DNA of 64,000 bases from an uncultured Nitrososphaerota archaeon (GTDB taxonomy: Archaea > Thermoproteota > Nitrososphaeria > Nitrososphaerales > CADDZS01). Under the pieces are notes generated by a model. It ran no database searches and was not told where the DNA came from. It saw only the letters and a list, made by a program, of their open reading frames with translations. Each line of letters starts with the position of its first letter. Positions within the stretch are counted from its first letter, which is position 1. The position numbers and the translations under genes are program-made. Shown piece after piece: positions 9,095 to 18,892 of this stretch. The DNA is taken from positions 1 to 64,000 of the forward strand of contig CAWCYI010000008.1 in the NCBI GenBank assembly GCA_963799845.1. Direction: 5' to 3'.

Positions 9095-12017
9095 CTAGGT
9101 GGTCCCTATTAGGACAGAAATATAGTACAACTTTGTGACTCCCAGATCTGAAACAACGAATCCATAGTTTATCGTTCCCGGTGACGGCGTCCAGTAGAAG
9201 ACACTCCCAAACGCGATCTGATTCCCGGTGATCGTCGCATTTGACACGTAAGAGGTCAGGAAATTATTCACAAAACCGGTCGCGGTGGAATTCTCACCAT
9301 CGGTCTGGTAAGTAGTAGTTCCAAGATTATCGACGATGTTAACGTTGGTAACCGTAGAGTTTGCCAGCTGGATTCCGCGAGAGGTAAACAGTCCGTTGAT
9401 GTATTGGGTCCTCAATGTTGAATTCGTGAAAACCGGCCCGCTGGGGGCGAGCCCGTAAGTGAGGATTTCACTGGAATTCGTTTGAATAAGATGTACAGGA
9501 GCACTCGAATTCTCGCCGTCGATGACATCGACGAAGGGATTTCTCTCGATCACACTCGTACCAGAAGATTGGTGAATGTAGGCGGGAATGAAATAATACA
9601 GATGCCCGTTAACCGGATAAAGCAGAATGTTCCCAGGAGTCGCCTGTGTCAGAGTGACCGCCTGATGGGTTGCGTAATCTGTGCTGAAAGCGTTTAGAGC
9701 GGCGGTAGGCCCGAGCAACGGAACGGAACCCACGACGGTCGAGTTCGCCTGGTACAGAGTCATCTGACCTAGTTGATCGCCACCCGAGATTACATACAGT
9801 CCGGCGAGATTCTTGCCGGTCGATCCCTGAAACTCTACGAGTTGGACTGCATCGAAGGAAACGCTATTGCCCGTCACGAACGGTATGTACAGGACCTCAG
9901 TACTTGTCGGGCGTTCGAAAAAGTCCGATCCCGATCTAAAAAGGCTCGGGGTATTGACGTGAAAAATGAAATCGGCATCCAGCTGCCCGAGATAGTTCTG
10001 GTTTCCCAGCAACTGCTCTGGGTACCTCAGACTGCGGCTGGAGCCATGAGGGAACCGGGCCCCATGTCGGATAATATTGTTTGTAGAATGAGGTAAGAAA
10101 GTCATCATTTCCTGCAACTGTATAACCCTGCATCTGTCCCGTTGCTACATTTACGAGTACCACTCCGAAAAATCTGAGATAATCCTGTAGTTGTGTACCC
10201 GGGACGTTAGCGAAACCGGTGTGCAGTGGATAGTCTACATAGACCTGAATCGCAAAGTAGAGGCTATCACCACCCTTCTGTGAAGAGTCAGTCACCAGAT
10301 ACGTCGAGCCGTCTTCAACAAGACCTCCAATAAGGACGTTCTGAACTCTCCCAAAAACTTCACGATCGTGTAGCATTTGAATGCAGTTTTGTGGAGGGGA
10401 AAAGGCATAACCCAGCTGTCCCTGTTCGAGGAACCAGAGGGCTCTCTGGGCGCCACAGAGGGTGTAGTCGGAAGCGCCGCTGTAAGACACGTTTTCAATT
10501 TCTTGGACCGAACCCGCATGGACGTATACATCGTTCGCAAAGCCAGGTTGTTCGGGGCTAAGGTCTTCTCCATAATACATCAATGGTTGCGTGGGAATTC
10601 TGAAAGCCTGGGTGACGTTGACAAAATCTCCGGTGTGAGTGTTCATCACGATGATCTTCGAGCTGTGCGTGTAGATCAGATGGACTCCGATCCAGTCGTT
10701 GGGGTCCGGGTAAGAAAATGTAGTCGGCGTTACCCAGTACTCTTGACCGTACACGTAAACAATGGAAGGTTGATCGGTCTGGAGCCAATTTACACCTAGT
10801 TCATTCTGGCTTTGCGTGTACGATGAATTGGAATCCCAGTTCCTGATCAACGAAAGCGTGGTCGTGGCGTTGCCGGGCGGAATGTGACTGATGTCGGTAT
10901 AAGTCACGTTCTGGATTCCAGCCGCCCAGCTTCCAACAACGACCTGCTTTGAGACCAGCGGATTCCATTGATATGCGATGTAGTTGTTATTGAAATTAAA
11001 ACGGTAGTAGGCAAATGCCCCGAGGTTGAGCAAAAGCAACAAAATAATTATCAGAGCTGCGATTATTATACCAGCCCTTCTTCGTTGAGCTAGTGGAATG
11101 GTCTCTTTTGAGGATCTGATTTGAAAGAAAACAGATAGTACAACGAACGAAACAAGAACAGTCGTAACCGCGCCCCACTCGTAGGGGATCGTGATATCCA
11201 TCCCCCAGTAGGGGATGCCGATGAAAACGGAAAACACAACGGCCGAAAGGGCGACGAAAATATCCCGCAGCCACTTGTCCCCAGCTCTTATTACAACGTC
11301 TCTGATGAATTTCAGGAAAAACCGCAGGGCGACTACAACCATCAGCACGAGCGCGATGTAGACCAGTATCTGATATTGAATCTCCATTGTCGGAACCAGC
11401 GAAATTATCTCTTGCGCGGAACCCGGGTTCAGAGGAAGAGTCGCGATACGCGGTACGAGGCTCCAGCTTCCGTAACCCTTGAGGGCCATGTCCACGACTA
11501 TGGTCAGATTTCCAAAACCTGGAAAACCATTGTACAAGCTGAATAGCGCGAACAGGATCGTCCATTTCAGGAACTGCCAAAAGCCCCAGAGAAGTTTCGA
11601 CGGCCTGATGTACATGGGTCTCACGCGCCTCTGCGGCGTCCCGCCGCCATAACCGCCGTAGGGAGTTTGTCTGTACTGAAGACCAATTAGGGCATTGAAG
11701 GACTCAAAGAGATCACTTCTACGAGGAAACGGATTGATGAAAAAAAGAGCAAGTAAAGCCGCAACGACGAAGGTCAATCCACCGTAGAAGTTAATTCCGA
11801 ACCAGTCTAGGCCCGCTTTTTGATTATACATCGTTTCAAGTATAGTCCAGTTGAGCCATACGCTAGCAGCGTAGAGCCCGACAATGGTCAACAGGACTAC
11901 GAGTATAATCCAAGGGAGAATGCGGCGCCTATCTCTAATCGGAGCTTGTGACCCCGGAAAATCATCCCCGCCTTGCAACTCTATCGGACTAAATCCTTGA
12001 ACTGTTTTTTCATCCAT
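9095..12017 (-). CDS. UPF0182-family membrane protein (one frameshift near 10031)
   Basis: Multi-TM N-terminus, IRNWD, HLIYTH, YYGE motifs; removing one base joins WLQPQ to LRYPEQL. Confidence 0.85.
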
Positions 12018-12136
12018 TTAAACCGAGTGCCCAAAATGTCGAAGAGAGATCTGGGCAGCTATCCCAGAAAATCAAGCCCTTTTTTCGTGGACAGGTAAGG
12101 AAAATGTAAGCACGATCGAACAAGGTATAAATTCCC

Positions 12137-12907
12137 TTATGCCTTGCGAATTTCCAGACCTTTGATCTGGTTCAACTTTTTCCGAATGATTTTTTCGTAT
12201 GCTGGTTCTATTTCGTAACCTATTGAACTCCTTCCCGTTTCGGCCGCGGCAAGTATCGTCGTTCCCGAGCCAAGAAAAGGATCCAAGACGACGTCTTCGG
12301 GATTGGAGCTGGCCAGTTTTATGCACAATTCCGGAAGTTCTTTAGGAAAGATAGCATCATGCATTTTTTCAGAATGGCGCTGAACTGTTTCGTAATTAAT
12401 GTACCAAACGTCTCCCCGGCAGCGAAGGTCCATTGTCGCGACCTTCCATCGGCCTATATTCGACTTGTCCTTGTAGGGAACACCAATCGCTAGACGGTTC
12501 AGTGAATAATTCTGGCTCTTTGAGAACAGGTAAATGTATTCGTATAGATGGTTCAGGTGCTTGCTTCCCTGAACGGGAGAGTGATGCCCCTTCACCCAGA
12601 TCACCGGCTGGATCAACGCAAAGCCGCAATCCGCAACATCTTTTGCGACTTCGAATGACTTGAACTGGTTTTCAAACGAGTTGCCGATGTTGACGAAAAG
12701 GATTCCTGTTTCGCTCAAAACCCGATAGACTTCTTCCCATACGTCTTTTAGGTAGGATCGATAATCGACGTAAGTAGAGTACTGAGTCTCGTACTTCTTC
12801 TTGCGAAAGTAAGGTGGCGAGGTGACGCATACTTGGATCGAACCCGAAGCGATAATCTTCATACTTCGGCTGTCACCGATCACGACTCTGTGCCTTAAGA
12901 CGCCCAA
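12137..12907 (-). CDS. Orphan beta-class DNA methyltransferase (N4-C/N6-A)
   Basis: TSPPY motif IV before LDPFLGSGTT motif I; H.A.FP..LP..CI. Confidence 0.9.
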   Translation of the reverse strand: MGVLRHRVVIGDSRSMKIIASGSIQVCVTSPPYFRKKKYETQYSTYVDYRSYLKDVWEEVYRVLSETGILFVNIGNSFENQFKSFEVAKDVADCGFALIQPVIWVKGHHSPVQGSKHLNHLYEYIYLFSKSQNYSLNRLAIGVPYKDKSNIGRWKVATMDLRCRGDVWYINYETVQRHSEKMHDAIFPKELPELCIKLASSNPEDVVLDPFLGSGTTILAAAETGRSSIGYEIEPAYEKIIRKKLNQIKGLEIRKA

Positions 12908-12946
12908 CCCTCGCCGACTTTTCTCCTTTAAAGAAGCCGGATTTGA

Positions 12947-14065
12947 CTAGATTTCTATCAGATCGTGGTTTACATGCGTCAGGTTTTCGTTACCTGAGGG
13001 AGTCAGCACAACGTTATCCTCGATCCGAACTCCGAATTTTCCCGGCAAATAGATTCCCGGCTCGACCGTGAATACCATGCCTGACCTCAGCCGCGACGAA
13101 TTGGAATCATTAATCCACGGCGCCTCATGAACCTCTAATCCCAATCCGTGCCCCGTTCTGTGAACAAAGTATTCGCCATAACCTGCCTTTTCAATCACTG
13201 TTCTGGTTACGCTGTCAACAGCTTTCGCAGCGATGTTTGGTCGTGAGGTCATTACTCCTAGAGATTGAGCTTCTTTCACGACGTCATAGACCTTTTTCTG
13301 CAACTCAGACGCCTTCCCTAAGGAGTAAGTTCTGGTGAAATCGGCGTAATATCCAGATTCGTCTGTACACGAGATATCCACGACGACCATATCTCCCGAG
13401 CTCATGGACCTGTTGGAGGTTGAAGAGTGCGGGATAGCTGAATTTGGACCAGACTGAACTCCGCAGAAATCGATTTCAGTTTCGCCTAGATCGGTGAGCG
13501 CTTTTTTCATCTCGAATGACGCTTCGATCTCGGTCTTTCCCGGTTTCAATATTTCAGGGAGGAGCTCGTACCCGCGACCGAGTTTTGACGCACAAGCTCT
13601 CGCGGATTCGATTTCTTCGTCACTCTTGATCAAACGTTGATCCGAGATTGCGGCCGAAACCGATTCAAAACGCGCACGGGGTCTGGCTCTCCTGACAGAC
13701 TCCATTAGGTATAGAGTGATCCAGTCCTCGCATCCAAAGTTGTTTTCCTTTACCCCGATCGATTTGAGAGCTTGACTAAATGCGTTCTCATACCCTTGCG
13801 AATCGGTCCAGGGAAAAACATTTTCAGCGGAGCTCGGAGCAGCCTTGCCTTCATCGAGCTTTGGCATCACGAGCGCCGTTTTCTGGGCTTCGAGAGAAAT
13901 CAGACCGCAGCAGAATCTTTCGAAAGAGACTCCCGGGTAGTTGAGGTAATATTTCAGGCTTGGAAGCGAAGTTAGAAGGACACAATCAATCTTGGAATCA
14001 GTCTTGGAAAGAGTACTCGCCAATCTGATTGTTCTTTTCTTAAAATCCAAAAGGAATGCACCCAC
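12947..14065 (-). CDS. pepQ: Xaa-Pro peptidase (M24 family)
   Basis: IPH, DI..., ADFTRT, HRTGHGLGLEVHEAP, TVEPGIY, GVRIED. Confidence 0.92.
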   Translation of the reverse strand: MGAFLLDFKKRTIRLASTLSKTDSKIDCVLLTSLPSLKYYLNYPGVSFERFCCGLISLEAQKTALVMPKLDEGKAAPSSAENVFPWTDSQGYENAFSQALKSIGVKENNFGCEDWITLYLMESVRRARPRARFESVSAAISDQRLIKSDEEIESARACASKLGRGYELLPEILKPGKTEIEASFEMKKALTDLGETEIDFCGVQSGPNSAIPHSSTSNRSMSSGDMVVVDISCTDESGYYADFTRTYSLGKASELQKKVYDVVKEAQSLGVMTSRPNIAAKAVDSVTRTVIEKAGYGEYFVHRTGHGLGLEVHEAPWINDSNSSRLRSGMVFTVEPGIYLPGKFGVRIEDNVVLTPSGNENLTHVNHDLIEI

Positions 14066-14182
14066 CGGTCTTCATCTGATGTTTAATTGACTTTTTGGTG
14101 TCTACTGAAGGAATCTCGTATCGACCGACTTCCGAGCACCTTATATTTTCTTAGTTGCTATTTTGTTTTGGATTTGTATTAA

Positions 14183-14917
14183 TTGTGTAGAATGCTTGGG
14201 ATTGTCCCGGAGCCCGGAGAGGTTCTTGATTTTTCAATTGTCAGATCTTTTAGAAATCTAGCTTCCTGTGGCAGAGTCCCTAGAGGTTCCGAACCTGGTC
14301 ACGGTGATGGGTGGGGCATTGTCGCTTGGAAAAATGGCGAGCCGGTCTACTTGGGACGAGAGCCGACCGATGCTTATTCCGATCCGACATACGAAGAAGC
14401 CTGTAGAAAAGGAGAGTCGGAGGAAATATCTTCCCCCGTCCTTGCACATTTGCGAAAGGCATCTGTCGGCCTTAAGATTAGAGAAAATACGCATCCCTTC
14501 ACGAATGGAGAATGGGCCTTTGCGCACAATGGAACAATTCGCAAGCTCAATCTCAAATTCACAACGGATAGTCAGTGGTTCTTTGAATCCATTCTAAATG
14601 ATTACAGAGGAAACGGGAAAGATATGGTCAACGCAATTTCTAAACAGGTGGATATGGTCAGAGAGATTTACAGATACACCAGCCTTACATTTCTATTGTC
14701 CAACGGAAGAAGAGTTTACGGGTACAGGGATTGTGCTGCCAACCAAGATTATTACACTTTGTTTTATGCCAAGACACCTACATCTTTTCTTATTTCGCAA
14801 GAGAAATTCGTTGACGCTCCATGGGTACCGTTAGAAAATGGAGCTCTGCTTTCCGTTGATGAAGACCTGTCGTTTGATGTTCAGCATGTTCTTCCTCGAT
14901 TGGAATCGAGTGCTTAG
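14183..14917 (+). CDS. Class II glutamine amidotransferase (YafJ/EgtC-like)
   Basis: N-terminal MCR nucleophile Cys, H.DGWG, HLRKAS, NTHPF, FAHNG, TDS. Confidence 0.88.
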   Translation: MCRMLGIVPEPGEVLDFSIVRSFRNLASCGRVPRGSEPGHGDGWGIVAWKNGEPVYLGREPTDAYSDPTYEEACRKGESEEISSPVLAHLRKASVGLKIRENTHPFTNGEWAFAHNGTIRKLNLKFTTDSQWFFESILNDYRGNGKDMVNAISKQVDMVREIYRYTSLTFLLSNGRRVYGYRDCAANQDYYTLFYAKTPTSFLISQEKFVDAPWVPLENGALLSVDEDLSFDVQHVLPRLESSA

Positions 14918-14986
14918 TTCCTTCTTTCTTAACGACGGAACTCACGTCATAGTTTTTAGTTAAGCGAAGCGAAACAAGATTAAGAA

Positions 14987-15676
14987 TTGACAAAATCGGT
15001 AACGATTCTGAGCGGCGGCTTGGATAGCTCGGGCGCCGCCTCTTATTGGAAAGATAGGGGTTTTGAAATCTATCCCATCACCTTTGACTATGGTCAACGG
15101 GCAAGACGGGAAATAGAAAGAGCGAAAGAGATAGGGCGCGCGCTGAAAGCTGCTCAGCACAAAATAATTGATATTTCGTTCATGAAAGATCTTTACGGAT
15201 CTAGCAATGTTTTGACTGATGAATCGAAAAGCATGCCATCCAGTTTTCAGAGCAGCATTATAGTTCCAATTAGAAACGCGATTTTCCTTACGATTGGCAC
15301 CGCCTACGCCTTTTCTATTGGGGCGGAAGTCGTCGCGTACGGTGCGCATCTTTCCGATCAGCCCTACCCAGATTGCAGACCCGAATTCTCAAAGAAAATG
15401 GCGGATGTCTTGAACTTGGGAGATATAGATGCAATAAGCGAAGGTAATCACCCTCCAGTGGAGATTTGGAGTCCCGCTATTCAGGGGCTCAACAAAGCCG
15501 AGATGCTCAAAATATCGTACAAGTTGCTCAATGATAAGGTGTTCAGAACATGGAGCTGTTATCTGGATGGGGAAAAGCAGTGCGGGACCTGCGAGTCTTG
15601 CAACAACAGGAAGCTCTGCCTTCCGTCTTGCGGGAATAAAGGACAGGACGGATTACAACCGTTGAAATCCGTGTAA
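14987..15676 (+). CDS. queC: 7-cyano-7-deazaguanine synthase
   Basis: SGGLDS, FDYGQR, VP.RN.IFL, YPDCR, TWSCY, CG.CESC..R; probable extra base near 15617 (corrected end AFRLAGIKDRTDYNR, stop 15665). Confidence 0.95.
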   Translation: MTKSVTILSGGLDSSGAASYWKDRGFEIYPITFDYGQRARREIERAKEIGRALKAAQHKIIDISFMKDLYGSSNVLTDESKSMPSSFQSSIIVPIRNAIFLTIGTAYAFSIGAEVVAYGAHLSDQPYPDCRPEFSKKMADVLNLGDIDAISEGNHPPVEIWSPAIQGLNKAEMLKISYKLLNDKVFRTWSCYLDGEKQCGTCESCNNRKLCLPSCGNKGQDGLQPLKSV

Positions 15677-15718
15677 GACAATTATACCGTTCCATTGGAA
15701 ATTTTCCAATATCAGATT

Positions 15719-15826
15719 GCGGGGGTCGCCCAGCCTGGTCAACGGCGCGAGGCTCAGGTTTTCACACCGGTGAAACGAGATACCTCGTCCCTTAGGGGTT
15801 CGTGGGTTCAAATCCCACCCCCCGCA
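15719..15826 (+). tRNA. tRNA-Leu(CAG) with 23-nt canonical intron (15759-15781)
   Basis: GCGGGGG/CCCCCGC acceptor, CGAGG-CTCAGGA-CCTCG anticodon arm, intron stem TTTCAC/GTGAAA in a BHB-like context; mature length 85 nt. Confidence 0.95.
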
Positions 15827-15971
15827 TTCATTATTCACTGGCAAAGTTAGTTTGCCTTTCAGCCTGTCTAAACCATCTAATGTGTATCCGTTTCACAAGA
15901 GGAAAACGTGGCATCTGGGCTGAATCCCACCGGGCCCGCTTCAGTACAAAGCAAACAGTTTTTATCGTCAT

Positions 15972-17939
15972 GTGAAGACGAGCCGCAAAAGAGGCCTTTT
16001 GTCCGATAGCAAACGCAGACTCGCGGCCATAATGTTCACAGACATGGTCGGGTACACTGCTCTTGGACAGAGAAATGAATCTCTTTCTCTTGCGCTCGTG
16101 GAAGAACAAAAGAAGCTTATCAGACCGATTCTCTTGCGACACAACGGAAGGGAGGTCAAGACAATCGGTGATGCGTTTCTTGTCGAATTCCCCAATGCTC
16201 TTGACGCGGTGAGATGTGCTTTCGACGTACAACGGGCGGCGCGAGAATTCAACATTTCTCAACCCGAAGAAAGCAAAATACAACTTCGAGTAGGAGTGCA
16301 CCTGGGTGACATTGTGGAATCCAACGGTGATATCTCGGGAGACGCCGTCAATGTAGCATCAAGAATTGAATCGCTCGCGGAAAATGGCGGAGTCTGCGTG
16401 ACACGCCAAATATACGACAACGTACAATACAAGTTTGCCCTGCCTCTGGTTAGTATCGGGACAAAAGTTCTGAAGAACGTAATCGTTCCACTTGAGGTTT
16501 ACAAGATGGAAATGCCATGGAGTTCTGACAAACCATCTCCCTCCGTCAAGCTGGAAAAGAGGAGAATCGCTGTCTTGCCATTCTCGAACCTGAGCTCCGA
16601 TCCAGAGGAGGGATACTTTGCCGACGGCATGACCGAGGAGCTGATAACAGTGATCTCCGGCGTTAGACAACTGACAGTCATCGCGAGAACCTCTGTGATG
16701 GGCTACAAGGGCACAACGAAGAAAGCTAAGGAAATTGGAAAGGAACTCGACGTAGGCTCGATGCTCGAAGGGAGTGTAAGAAAAGCAGGGAACAGGGTAA
16801 GGATAACTGCTCAGCTCATAGAAACCGCGACAGAAGGACATCTTTGGGCGCAAAACTATGACAGGCAGCTGGAAGACATCTTCGCCATCCAGTCCGAGAT
16901 CGCCGAGAAGGTGGCAGCGGAGCTTAAGATTCGTCTCGTCGAAACCGAGCTCGAGGTTATCGAGAAACGACCAACGGAAAACACCGAAGCATACACTTAC
17001 TACCTGAGAGGCAGAGAGCTGGTTCGAGAGAGGACAGAGCCGTCCTTCAGGCAGGCGGTGGAAATTTTCGAGAAGGCGATACAATTGGATCCCTCCTTTG
17101 CAAGAGCCCACGCCGGACTAGCTGAATGCTATGTCAGTCTAGTGAACGGGGCTTACGAGCCAGCCGAACGTATGGTGCCAAAGGCGGAGCTATCCGTAAA
17201 GAAGGCCTTACAGCTAGATCCAAATTTGGCTGAAGCGCACGCAATACTTGCGTATGTTGACTTTACAGAGGACGATGTTCTCGGCGGCGAAGTCGAGGCA
17301 AAGCGTGCGATCGAATTGAATCCGAGTCTCTCAGATGCTCACTGGGCTCTCTCGAATCTGGCCTTCCTCAAGCAGGACACAATTGAAGGCATTAGGGCAT
17401 CCGAGGCCTGCTTCCGCTTGGACCCGGCTAGTCCGCGAAACATTTCTCGTCTTGGACAGTTCTACTTTTACGTGGGAAGGGAGAGCGAAGCCCTGCAGCA
17501 CTGGGAAAAAACGATCCATCTTGCTCCTGCAGGTACATACAGGTTCATGAGCGAGTACTACCTGTACAAGGGTGATATCGAGAAGGCTAAAGAATTCTAT
17601 TCAAAGGCCGAGAAGCTAGAGCCCACAAATATCTGGTTGACCTGGATGAAAGGGTTCATTGCAGCCAAGGCAGGGGACAAGGAGGGCGCACTTCGGGTAA
17701 TCCAGGAGGTTGAGAAAAATTGGCGCGGGGCCGCTAATCTAAACGATATAGCATTCATCTACTATGCCCTGGACGACCTGGACTCCTACTTTACATACAT
17801 CATCAGGGCCACGGAGCAGCACACGATGCGGTACGCCTACGTAATGTACTGTCCCCTTTTCGCCAAATCGAGGGAAGACCCGAGGTACAACGAGCTTTTG
17901 GACAGACTTCGAAGAATGTTCGAACCCACGCTAAGATGA
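15972..17939 (+). CDS. Class III adenylate/guanylate cyclase + TolB-like + TPR protein
   Basis: FTDMVGYT, KTIGDAF, GDAVNVASRIE; IAVLPF.N..., EGSVRKAG.RVRITAQL; TPR repeats. Confidence 0.92.
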   Translation: MKTSRKRGLLSDSKRRLAAIMFTDMVGYTALGQRNESLSLALVEEQKKLIRPILLRHNGREVKTIGDAFLVEFPNALDAVRCAFDVQRAAREFNISQPEESKIQLRVGVHLGDIVESNGDISGDAVNVASRIESLAENGGVCVTRQIYDNVQYKFALPLVSIGTKVLKNVIVPLEVYKMEMPWSSDKPSPSVKLEKRRIAVLPFSNLSSDPEEGYFADGMTEELITVISGVRQLTVIARTSVMGYKGTTKKAKEIGKELDVGSMLEGSVRKAGNRVRITAQLIETATEGHLWAQNYDRQLEDIFAIQSEIAEKVAAELKIRLVETELEVIEKRPTENTEAYTYYLRGRELVRERTEPSFRQAVEIFEKAIQLDPSFARAHAGLAECYVSLVNGAYEPAERMVPKAELSVKKALQLDPNLAEAHAILAYVDFTEDDVLGGEVEAKRAIELNPSLSDAHWALSNLAFLKQDTIEGIRASEACFRLDPASPRNISRLGQFYFYVGRESEALQHWEKTIHLAPAGTYRFMSEYYLYKGDIEKAKEFYSKAEKLEPTNIWLTWMKGFIAAKAGDKEGALRVIQEVEKNWRGAANLNDIAFIYYALDDLDSYFTYIIRATEQHTMRYAYVMYCPLFAKSREDPRYNELLDRLRRMFEPTLR

Positions 17940-18023
17940 GGTATGACCGCCGAATACGGACGTCATTTAATCCGCCCGAACTTTAATCTGAAACTGAAAA
18001 AGAAGTGCTGTTGAGATCGTCAA

Positions 18024-18530
18024 ATGGAGACCAAAGTACTTGTCGAAGAATTGCTTGAACTCATGGTCAACGACAGCGAGAGTCTGGAGCGGACAATGAA
18101 GTTGCTCTCAGATGACTGTGTCTGGGTCATAGAACTAGGCGTCACTGAATATCACGGCACGAAGGAGTTAAGGGCATTTGTGGGAACGGCCATGTCTGGA
18201 AGGAAGCATGATGAGACCCACAAGATAGAGGTTCTCAACTCTTTTTATGACGCCGAGAATGTGTGCATTGGATATACTCACAGCGCGATTCTATCGGGAA
18301 GGATCAAAGCAGGCATAAAGCCCGGAACAGCTAGATACTGCATGGCATACCACATTCGTGACGGTAAGTTCGACCGAGTTCATGAATACATTAATTCCCC
18401 GTCGGTGTGGTTTAGCTTTCTCACGCCCATTGGACTGAAATATTTGCACTGGCGCTTAATGAAAAAGCTCGTCAAGACTGCCCGCGACAATATCGGTGTG
18501 GGCGGAAGAATCGAAGACACAGGTAGATGA
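18024..18530 (+). CDS. SnoaL/NTF2-like protein
   Basis: LLSDDCVW...YHG..E; IRDGKF.RVHEY. Confidence 0.75.
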   Translation: METKVLVEELLELMVNDSESLERTMKLLSDDCVWVIELGVTEYHGTKELRAFVGTAMSGRKHDETHKIEVLNSFYDAENVCIGYTHSAILSGRIKAGIKPGTARYCMAYHIRDGKFDRVHEYINSPSVWFSFLTPIGLKYLHWRLMKKLVKTARDNIGVGGRIEDTGR

Positions 18531-18617
18531 GCGTAAATCGAGAAAGTTTCTGCAAAAGTGAATGTGTCCTAAATCAACTCGATGAATTTTTGTGTCAGAA
18601 AGGACATTGAACTTACA

Positions 18618-18641
18618 GTTCAATTCCCGCCCCCTGCATTC
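18618..18641 (+). repeat. Degenerate direct repeat of tRNA-Leu(CAG) 3' end (attR-like)
   Basis: GTTCAATTCCCGCCCCCTGCATTC vs GTTCAAATCCCACCCCCCGCATTC (15806-15829): 21/24 identical. Confidence 0.75.
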
Positions 18642-18892
18642 CTGTATTAACAATAAAATTGAGATTCTTTCCTATTCTGCTCAGGACGTTCGTCATTCGC
18701 ATGGATCAAAGATGTTACCCCGCATTCTCTGTGGCCACTTGATTCGCGGTCGATGGCCTTTCTTGTCTTTTCGTCCCTCACTCTGCTCCGATAGTATTTC
18801 CTTTTGTCGCTATTTTTCGGGAAGCACGTTCTTCTATACGCAAACCATATGAGCTTAAATCAAAGAATCGAATATTTTGATTTGTATCGATT

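Noticed and set aside
14987-15676. QueC as part of a QatABCD or Dpd DNA-modification defence system
   Set aside because: Canonical short QueC; no qatA/qatD or dpdA neighbours; context is tRNA-related
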